A stretch of DNA of 57,513 nt, counting the filler, from Sphacelaria rigidula (taxonomy: Eukaryota): assembly GCA_964200075.2 (NCBI GenBank). It is 6 parts of 6 records of this genome, joined end to end, with 100 filler letters (N's around TTAATTAATTAA, not from the genome) between each part and the next. Parts side by side here need not be neighbours in the genome. Positions count along the whole stretch, not along the records: positions 48,013 to 57,513 come from CAXNAA020008344.1; 5 more parts are not named here. One strand, 5' to 3'. The translations under genes were made by a program, and so were the position numbers. Numbering within the stretch: position 1 is the stretch's first letter; every line of letters begins with the position of its first letter. Below, one piece after another: positions 48,536 through 57,513 of this stretch. The notes under the pieces were generated by a model. That model did no database searches, was not told the DNA's origin, and saw only the letters and a list, made by a program, of their open reading frames with translations.

Positions 48536-48784
48536 CACCTCAATTTTGAAAGTTGGACGTTCAAATTTGATCCGAAGAAAGAATAGGGCATGATTGAAAA
48601 ATCGAACGGGATGGGTAAGATTTTCTTCTCGTCGTGAGTTAACGGCATTTTCCTAATCTCCTGGTACTACTAATTACCATCAACACACGGAACAAAAAAA
48701 ATCTTACCGTCCCGATCTATTTTTCATGATGCCCTATTCATTCTCCGTACCAAATTTGAAAGTTCAACTCTCAAAATTGAGGTG
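48536..48784. mobile_element. Foldback element with ~110-bp inverted arms
   Basis: CACCTCAATTTTGA.AGTTG.AC.TTCAAATTTG...AATAGGGCAT...GGTAAGATTTT occurs in both orientations. Confidence 0.75.
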
Positions 48785-49714
48785 TGGCGGGGTCTGCAAC
48801 CCACAAACTCGCGTCTTGGCCGGCCCAGCTCGTGTAGCCATTGTTTCGGCGCGGTACGTGTGTTAACGCCTTTTGCACACATGTTAGCACAATCAACAGA
48901 GTGTCGCATGATTGTGAAAAACGTGGAACTCCTCCTTCAACCATACTGTATAGCACAGCTGACTGCTTCGTGCTCGTTGACTGAAACTCTGAGATTTGCA
49001 TTGCTCCTGCTGGCAGCCATGCCCATTTGACATCCACCCACGCCTACGAAAATCATTATCCAAATTAGCGCGGGGCTACCAGTGGAGAAATTATCGGAAT
49101 CTAAACCGTCGGGCATTTTATTTGGAGGGTCGGACGAATGGCTTGTGGTCTAAAAAATGCGTGATTTTAGTGTGATTGATTCAGACCGTACGAATCTCTC
49201 CTTGGGCTTTGCTTTCAGCGTTGCTCCCCAGACGCACGCACCCCAGGCACGCGAGATAGCGCGAAATTTCGCGCAGAGACTTTTTCAACCCGTGGTTAAC
49301 TGTCTTCTCTCTTTCGAGCAATCAGGCCTCAAAAATCGTAGATTTCGTTATTCTAACCAGAGATTATGCGTCCGGGCCTTGGATTAGTGGAAAGGTTCAT
49401 TAACCCTCTTAGACCCCAGCCTCGCGAACGGCCGAAAGCGCGTCCTGCTCGCTTGTCGCTAGTGCGGAGAATGACGCACCTAATCAAGATCGCCGACGCA
49501 CGACCCAAGAATTCCGAAAGGGTGTAGCCCATTATACGGTAACCCTCTGGTTACAGCCGGTACTACAGCAGCATACGACGGTGGAAGTAGAGCACCGCAC
49601 CGCAGCGTAGAGTACACCCCTACCTTTATATGCCTATCTGGATCTAGCCCTGTCACGGACACACGTGACTCCCAGCTCGAAGTCATGACAACAACGTGTC
49701 TTGGGGCGTACTCG

Positions 49715-49910
49715 TGTGTTGCTTGCCTTAGTCATGTGTCCATTGACCACGTATCCCTTTCGGGACGGAGCACCGTTCGTACTCTTCACGGAGACGCCTC
49801 AAACATTTGGGTGCTCATCACATTTCTTCTGTACACTACACAACAACCTCTCACACATCCCATCTCCTTCCTGCTTCGCCGCCTGTGGCCATCATCAATC
49901 TCCTTGTATA
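49715..49910 (+). repeat. Interspersed repeat, same family as 38085-38280
   Basis: Matches the reverse complement of 38085-38280. Confidence 0.7.
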
Positions 49911-51224
49911 GCGATGGATCTCTCGCTACTTTCTAGAGCACCAAACGATTTCATGCCACCTTCGTTTACTTCCCACATTTCCCCCTCATGTGTCTTGGAG
50001 GTTGGTCGCCAGTAACAAGCGTGCAGTGCAGTTTAACAGTAAAGTAGAGTAGAGTACGCCGAGAGATGTGTCGCATCCCAACCTAAGCTGGCACCGGTGT
50101 GTGCAGGAATCTCTGGGGGCTTGTTCCCCCCGATCACGTTGCTGCCAGCCGTTGCTTGAGGGGTTAAGTAGGAGTGGCAGCCTCAGCCATTGCTGCGTAT
50201 TGCAATCGTCGAGTGCTCTCGGTTCACCTCACCTCCCAGCTGCTTGTTGGTATCGGTAAATTGGACGGGATTGGCTTCTGTGCCAAGTAGGTGGTGAACG
50301 TGGGGTTCTTGGGTGCCATTCCCGTACTCTTGGACCAAATTATGAAGAATTGCACCACAAAACGAAAAGTTTCAAACTATACTCCGTTGGTTGTGACCCC
50401 GGAAGGAACCACATCGTCCAAAACACTACGTACATTTTTGTCCTTTCACCCTTGCTCTCGAATTACTTGATAATTGTTCTGAGCGGGTAAAAAAATGCTC
50501 CGCTTTTGGTGGCTGGGTACTTGATTGATCCGACCTCCGCTGATGTGATTGGTAGAGCACCACCTGGAAAAAAAAAAATCTTCATCACTACTTCTATGTA
50601 CAGTAGTACCTATACGGGGCGGGGCTCACAATAATTCATGTTCTCGGTATTGAAATATTTTCCCGTTTTTTTTGCTTCGTTCCGGTTGACAATGGGGACC
50701 TTGCGCTTGGGTATAGGGGAGAGAAGGAAATTCTGCTCCTCTCTGTGTAGAAACATGAGTATAGTTTGAAGCAAGGAATGTAGGGAAAACGAAACGCAGT
50801 TCACCCTGCGGATAATGACGGAGTAGTGGGTTCGGCGATGGGTTCAGCGTCGGAGCACTGATGATGAGCCGGGTGGTGTCGGTATTATCGCGATTTTCCG
50901 GTTTTCGTTGTCGTTGCTGTTGAACGCGAAGTGCGTGCTTTCCTATGTGTGTCGGAGCTGTGATGATGATGGATATCCTGTTGCGTGATCCGGAAGTTGT
51001 GGCATGTATTAGCTATACTTTACCGCTTCAGATACCGCACGGATGAAACACGGAGAATGGCTTGGTTAACAGCATTTTATGTTTGCCTCGGTGACTTGCA
51101 GTCTGTGGTCGTTTGGGCCTACCAGTAAGAGGGTACCAGTGAAAGTCCGCTGCGTACATGGGCAGCAGTGCTGTGGCCCGAACGTATGGCGACTTTTTAC
51201 TTTTTTTCTTCAACCATGTTGCTG

Positions 51225-51248
51225 TCGTCGTCGTCGTCGTCGTTGTCG

Positions 51249-51283
<35 letters not shown>

Positions 51284-51287
51284 GCTG
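51225..51287. repeat. (GTC)n(GTT)n microsatellite
   Basis: Directly visible in the sequence. Confidence 0.95.
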
Positions 51288-51519
51288 TGCTTCATGTAGC
51301 GGACGGGTGTGCACATCGCTTGTCGCATTCCGGGTGAAAAGAGTGCCCTGCTCAACGACTCGTCTTGTACAGCCATGTAATCCTGGCGCAGGGGTGGGAG
51401 TCGTGTCGTGAAAAGGATGGGAGATTCTCCATCTCTTTTGTGTTTCCCTTGTTGCGCTGTTACAACCCATCATTTTCATTCACCCACCTCGTTATTTCAC
51501 ATCCCAATGTCACGAACAG

Positions 51520-51603
51520 GTGCTTTGCCTCCTGCTGGAGTTCCTCGCTCAAGTGGCGGCTTTGAGCAAAGTCAATGAGATGACTTCGGAGGCACTGGCA
51601 CAG
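51520..51603 (+). CDS. RhoGAP domain protein, internal exon
   Basis: GAACAG acceptor and GTGGG donor. Translates VLCLLLEFLAQVAALSKVNEMTSEALAQ, matching RhoGAP 'L..L..FL..V...S..N.M....LA'. Confidence 0.8.
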
Positions 51604-52813
51604 GTGGGAACCTCCCGTCCCCCCACCCGCGTGTGTAGCGGTGCCGTGTGTTCATCGCTCGACGTGTACGCCGAATGCGTAGAGAGGCAGTGTATGTTCT
51701 TGTACTGTGTGTACTAAGATACTCCACGAACGAACTTTGTTTTTGCCGGCATTTATGCCGGCAAGTTGTGTCACCATCGTTTGTCATAAATGGACGCAGC
51801 GTAATACCCCCTTACACGCAATTGCACGCAGTCTGGGTTACGGCCTCGGCCCTGTTGAACGAGCGACCACTTTGTTGTGTCGTATCTCGCTCGGCAATAC
51901 ATGTGTGGGATGGAGTAGCCGTTGCGTTCGGCGTTCAAGTCTCTAAGGTGGACCTCACGTTGTGACCACCGGAGGATATTTGGAGAACGACCGCAACATC
52001 TAAGCAATATATACCTTGAGTCAGGGACTTGGGACGGCCTCATACACAGTATGTTCGTTGCCATCGGGAGTACTGCTCGCAGATAGGCAGCCGCTGCTCA
52101 ACCACAGTGTCGGAGTTGTTGACATTGAATGTCGCTCGTGGTATTGTTCAGAAACGTGGCCGCATTTGCGGATCTGGTGCTTTTGTCACGCGCGTGTGCC
52201 CCCCTCCCTTCCCTCCCCCCGACACGAGGGGCTTGGTTCAGCGAAAGCCCGGCGTGGTCTGTCCCGGCTTCGTAGGGATGCGAGGTCAATGGTATTAGGA
52301 CTGCAGCATGCAAAATCACGAGTACACCTCACTCGCGTCGGTGCTTTGTATATTTGGTGTTGATAAATAAATCAACAGCGCAGAATGTGCAGTGTCCGTA
52401 CGTGCTTTCAGCGGCACCGTTTTGCCATCATAATTTAGTAGATGATCAGTCATGTGAGTTCTACATCGCACGCGACGGCGACACCAGGAGTAATCGAGTA
52501 AAGCTACGATCAGAGAGGTGGGGGCAGTACCACTTCGATCTAGAAATATATCGTGAAATACTTCGGCATCAATATCACACGCGTTCGAACAGCTTGGCAA
52601 TGCTTTTACCCACATGCGAGCGGATAGAGTGTGAGTACATATGGACGCCTTCAATTCGGTCAAATGGACACTCTCCCCTCCCCCCATCATAAGATCAGCC
52701 GCATATACTCTCGGTTGGGTTATACATATCCAGGCGTGACTTGGGTCTACCCCTCCCTCCATCCGCTCTCTACCGATGTTGTGCGTTTCCGTTGCTCGGC
52801 CCTTGTCGGACAG

Positions 52814-52953
52814 ACTTTCGCCCCGGTGCTTTGCCGGCCCCAAGGGTCCGCGTTCATGTCTTTGAGACACGTTCAAGATCTTATGAAAATCCAAGCCGTT
52901 GTTCGAGTTCTGATTGAGAACCACACGATTCTAAGCCAGAACCGAAACGTCAG
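52814..52953 (+). CDS. RhoGAP domain protein, next exon (end of GAP domain)
   Basis: Phase-0 acceptor GACAG. Translates TFAPVLCRP...IQAVVRVLIENH, matching RhoGAP 'F.P.L.R ... V..LIEN'. Donor GTGGG at 52954, phase 2. Confidence 0.8.
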
Positions 52954-53185
52954 GTGGGTGTAAGCAACACAGGGACAGATGGATTCTTCAAGGCCTGTTT
53001 GGGGGGTCCGTGTGTGTGCGTTTTATTAGCAAATTTCCGACAGACTGCGTAACACGAAAGGAACACACATCAAGCCAAGAAGGGCTGCTGACAGAGCGCG
53101 GGAGATTGACTCATGTACAAACAACAAGTGTACCTCAAGCTCTTGTTTGTTTTGTTTTTGCACGCTTAGTTTTTTTTTTTGCAAG

Positions 53186-53267
53186 GATGTTGTCGTCACT
53201 CGATCCGATATACAAGACGTGCTCCGTACAGGCTGACCGGCAATTCCCCGATCTTGTCATGCGGTAG
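53186..53267 (+). CDS. Candidate following exon of the RhoGAP gene
   Basis: Poly-T then GCAAG acceptor, phase-compatible, giving RMLSSLDPIYKTCSVQADRQFPDLVMR*. No homology support. Confidence 0.3.
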
Positions 53268-53603
53268 AACAAGGAAGAAAACTATGTTTCTTTCGATCTT
53301 GAACCCTTCCTCAGTTGAGCCGTAAGTGGACCACTGTGCACACAAGATCGGAATACTTGTTGCTGCGATGGCTGCCTTGAGATATTGGGAAAGCTTGAAT
53401 ATTTTACCCCTGTAGTGATTAGGATAGAGGAGCGTTTCCCTGTTATGTCAGCTGCTGCCGTTTCGTCGTGTGCTGTTTTATGCTTGCTGTCATGATTGGT
53501 GCAGCGGGAACGCAGCGCACGGTGTTACGTGAACATACACCCTACAGCCATGTTACAGGCAGTGGGGGGTGGCTCTCACACTGTGGGAACATGAGAGGTA
53601 TCA

Positions 53604-54065
53604 CTAGAACCACTTTGCCCTACCTAAGTTATTGTAGAAACCCCCTGCCCTTCACACCCCAGGGATAAGTATAGTTTCCTCCCGTCTACAATTACGCTTA
53701 CGGGGCTGTTATCTACCGTTTTGACCCGCAACGTATGAAGGGCGATGCCTATCGCGACCAACACGGTAGAACTAGAATGCTTATATCCTACCCTACTGAT
53801 TTATGATGGTCCCTTAACTGTCACCCCAGGGCTGAAAATCGCTCGACATCACTTTCGAACACGCTCATGAGGCTGTAGTCCAACGTTTGAGCCTGGAGCG
53901 CACGGAGAAAGATGCCCCTGGGGATGGTAGATATATCACTAAAACTGCTATGCCCTTCCTAATTTAGTTATGATGACCTTCCACTGTTCCCACGCTGGGG
54001 ATAAAAATCATTTATTCTCCTCTCCGAATACGCTTCGGGGGTGTCATCGACCGTTTTACGTGCTG
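53604..54065. repeat. Highly diverged ~168-bp tandem repeat, about 2.8 units
   Basis: Units start at CTAGAA/CTAAAA at 53604, 53772 and 53939. They share CCCT.C, CCCCAGGG-like and ACGCT...G.GGCTGT..TC.AC.GTTT motifs. Confidence 0.6.
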
Positions 54066-54860
54066 GAGATGGCTTTACTAAACTAAATGATAGTGCTCGC
54101 AGGGTAATTGTACCTGACAATACTGGGGCCGTTGTATCTGACCGCGATTGATGAAGAATGGTACCGTTGTCTCCATTTTCATCGATAAAGCATACATGAC
54201 TACCACATGACCGCCACAGCGCCCCTGGTGCTCTAAATCAAAATGATCCGGCTGTCACCATTAGGGTGGGAGAGAACGGGGATACGATCTTTGCCAGATC
54301 GTTGAATTTTTTCTGCGCAGTATCTGATTTCCACTGTCGAAAAAGCTTACCCAGGAGACGGGAGGGGTATCACTAGCATGCCTTCTGCTGATGGACCATT
54401 TGGTTAGGCAGATTTTTGTTTAAACTCTGCCACAGTTTCGATGACATGGGTCGAAAATATGTCATGCCGGTCGGCCGTTGCTGCTGGAATCTTCGTCTGG
54501 CGTTTGCACAGGTTGTTGAAACCTCATTCTCACAAAATTTAGATCTACCCCCACTCTTTTGATGCCGTGAAATCGATTTCCGGGTTGGGGAATTGTGATG
54601 AATCATCTGGAATCGTCAAATATTATATATTACATTCACAGCATAGTCATCATCCACTGTTTTTTGTAGATTCCCACCTCAAATTTAGACCCTTCTCTGA
54701 GTTTCCAGCCGGACTAGATTTTGAGCAAGAACTCCCGATGCACGGCACTAGCTTACGTGATGGTAGATCTGCCCAAGCGCCGGCATCGACCCGCGCTAAG
54801 TGACAGTGGAATGACCGTAGTACTTGCGCGAGAAAGTACAGATCAACCCCAGCTCAACCA

Positions 54861-55869
54861 TTAACCCTTTTGGGACCGATCCCCCACTAACATAAGGTTG
54901 ACCCTGTGTTGGTGAAATAATGAAAAATAAGTCTTGGAGCGACCCGCCCAATCACGGCGAGGCGAAAATTATCGACCAGACCCGAACGACCAGCGCGAGG
55001 ACTGTTGGCGAGTGTGATACAACTGCAAAGATCGTGTGGGGGCCTTATCCCTGGCCCAGATAAGCCATCCCAGGTTCCCTAGCGCAGGGCGGTCGGAACT
55101 TGGTTATACGATATTACTTGCACTCAGAATAGCGTTCCCGAGTTTTCCGGTGTTTTTTTTGGGTCACAATTTCATACTAAAACGTAGTCATTATACTAAC
55201 ACAGGGTCGACCGGAAAAACCGGGAAGGAGTGTACATGCTACCATGTGGTCATTTTCACGAGGCACAAAATCGAGTTGGGCTGTGGAAAGACAAAATGAG
55301 ATACCGTAATGAATCCTGCGTATCCCTCATCCGATGACTTGCAGTGAGCAGTCCACATGTATGTAGTGGACGGGGATGACAAAGCTGTATATCGGTAGCT
55401 GATTTCGGTAGCTGAGAAATGCCCAGAACGTGCAAGGGAGTATGCAGCGGCAGCTGCTGCTTCAGTTGGAGAGGCGTACTACTCTGTACTGTACTATTTT
55501 ATACTGTTGTATGCATGCGCGCCGCAACGTTGATACCCCTCGAATAGAATTTACCGCATGCAACAAGGGGGGAAATGGCGGCCCACCCCGACCACAAAGG
55601 GCTGTGTGGCAAGGTGGTGGGGACAAAAGTATCATCCAAAGCCACAAGNNNNNNNNNNCATACTGCTTGCTACATCAGATGTACACCACCTAATGCGCAC
55701 CCTGCACCTGAAATAGATTGGATGAAACTTTCGGTCTTCGTCATGACCCTGCGGTTACATACGCGGATTTTCAGCAACACGCAACTGTACTGTTTCGTTT
55801 AGACGCCAGACACGTCATTCCTGACCAGCCTCATTGGTCGTTCTGAAGGCCCGGTCCCACAATGGTTGA
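54861..55869. mobile_element. Possible piggyBac-like non-autonomous element
   Basis: Left end TTAACCCTTTTGGGACCG. Right end CGGTCCCACAATGGTTGA is its reverse complement with 3 mismatches in 18. Contains a 10-N gap. Confidence 0.35.
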
Positions 55870-57513
55870 CATTTATGTCTGGTGACAGCTTTCTTCGAAC
55901 AATAGGCATATCAGGGGTTGGGGCCCATGATACATGGACGATACCTCGCCTTGGAGGCGTGCTCACAAGCAAAGAAGTGCTACTGATGCGTTGTGTCGAT
56001 GATACGAGCACTGGGGGGCACCCGGATATTTTGTTCTCTAATCCGGCGCCACACAAGTGTCGAAAGTTTGATTGGAAATGAAAGAAAGTAAACTGCTCTG
56101 TGGTCGAACATGCGGCATGGATAAGCCACGAAGTATGTGGTATGTCGTCATCGGAGTGGTGCTTGCCGACAGAGAAGCTGCGCAGACATGGCGTCAGGGT
56201 TGAGTGTGTCGGAGGTCAGTCGGGGATACTATTCCGAAAGGTGACCTAGCACGTCCGAACGGTCGAACGAACTGTATATACGCCTGCCATCTTCTCGCAT
56301 TCCACTAATGCCGTCCTCTCTCTCCTCTCACCCCTTTGCTCGTCCATTTCGGAGCAGCAACCACTCCTCAGCCGGTAGCAAAGCTTTGGTCGCAGGACAG
56401 GCCCGAGGCGGGGGAAAGGATGGTCTAGGACTTACGCTTTCTCCGGGAGGACGCAGGTCCGTGACATCACGTTGATTTCAGTCTACAGTGTAGAGAGGCA
56501 TCGTGTAAAGGGCGACAGTAATCGCTACCTGACATCCGCATGAAATTCCGAGTTGACTTTTGAGGCGGGGTTGTGGTCCGCCTCTGCCCATCATCAAAGC
56601 GATGACGCGTTGCCAGTCGTGAAATCTTGTTGTTTTCCTCGATCGTACTTCCGTCTGTGTCCGTGTGAGTGTCCTTGTTTTTCACCTTCGTGCTCTTCTC
56701 ACTTTCTTGATTCCTGGCTGTTCTATCGATCTCGAAAGCCTATAATAGCGCTAGTATACCAGTCGCCCTTCAAGCCGCAAAAGCTTCCGCTTTCCCTGTG
56801 CAAACACGTGACAGGGCTCGGCGCAGCTGCAAGATGTTCCTCCGGTGTGCAAGGGTGTTATGATGCCGATGTTTTGAAATATGCAACAAGATCCGGGCAG
56901 CCGTATGAGTTGACGACTGATTTTTGTGGACCAAGCCCCTGGCAACATGTTTCTATGTCGAACCCCCCCCTTCCCCCCCGCGCGCGCGCCCACCATACAG
57001 GAGAACGGTAGAAACGAAAGTAGCGGACGGAATAACCTTGGGTCTGACTCACTCCTCATGTGGGAAGGGGGTTGACGGAAGTCACAACAGGGTGGCTTGT
57101 GCGAGAAGAGTATACTTGGTGCATTGTTTTGGACCCCTCCTACAGTAGTGGGCGGTCTAACTTTTCATTTTGAGGCATTTTGTGATTTCTTCGTGGTTGG
57201 CAATTTTCTTGGCTCTTTCCGCTTGCCACCGCTTATTACATTGGGGATTCAAAGGTATTTGTATTCGCTCCACATTCCAAGAAAAAAAAAATATCTGCAC
57301 TCAATACTGGGTGACTTACGAGCTGACCGGTCATCGGGGGTCCTGCCACGTTGCCACGTTTCAGCTCAAATTCGTACTCGTCGGTGTTTTCGGTCGATCG
57401 AGCCTGTCCCGATCATGTTTCTGAAAAAATGTACAGTTTTATTTTTTTGAAATGCTGCCTACTCATCGCACTAAAGCCGAAAAACTTTGTTTCACGACCA
57501 AAAACACCCTCCT

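Noticed and set aside
51079..51479. Poly-Cys and poly-Gln ORFs
   Set aside because: Translations of an intronic (GTC)n(GTT)n microsatellite.
35362..52953. Functional clustering of PYM-like, HHIP-like and RhoGAP genes
   Set aside because: They are on different contigs joined artificially, so adjacency carries no information.

Overview
This is eukaryotic nuclear DNA, most likely from a brown alga (Phaeophyceae). That assignment is inferred from long introns with CAACAG-type acceptors, the repeat families and a brown-algal-type 'WRRRGWLVML...EEGVFRNI' protein tail. The window is not one locus. It is six unrelated, size-sorted contigs (9504, 9503, 9502, 9502, 9501 and 9501 bp) joined by artificial 100-nt N44-TTAATTAATTAA-N44 spacers. 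Recognisable genes, mostly partial, are: the last three exons of the RNA polymerase I second-largest subunit (RPA2); an intronless two-TM ORF with an ankyrin-family-type C-terminal tail; a PYM/WIBG Mago-binding exon; the first three exons of a secreted HHIP/HIPL1-like (glucose/sorbosone dehydrogenase-type) protein; and two RhoGAP C-terminal exons. Contig 3 is dominated by a decayed chromodomain-bearing Ty3/Gypsy LTR retrotransposon with three nested insertions whose removal restores the local reading frame. The rest is rich in MITE/foldback elements, tRNA-derived SINEs, truncated non-LTR 3' ends and simple repeats. I found no clearly novel multi-gene system; the best leads are individual domain-architecture and transposon observations.
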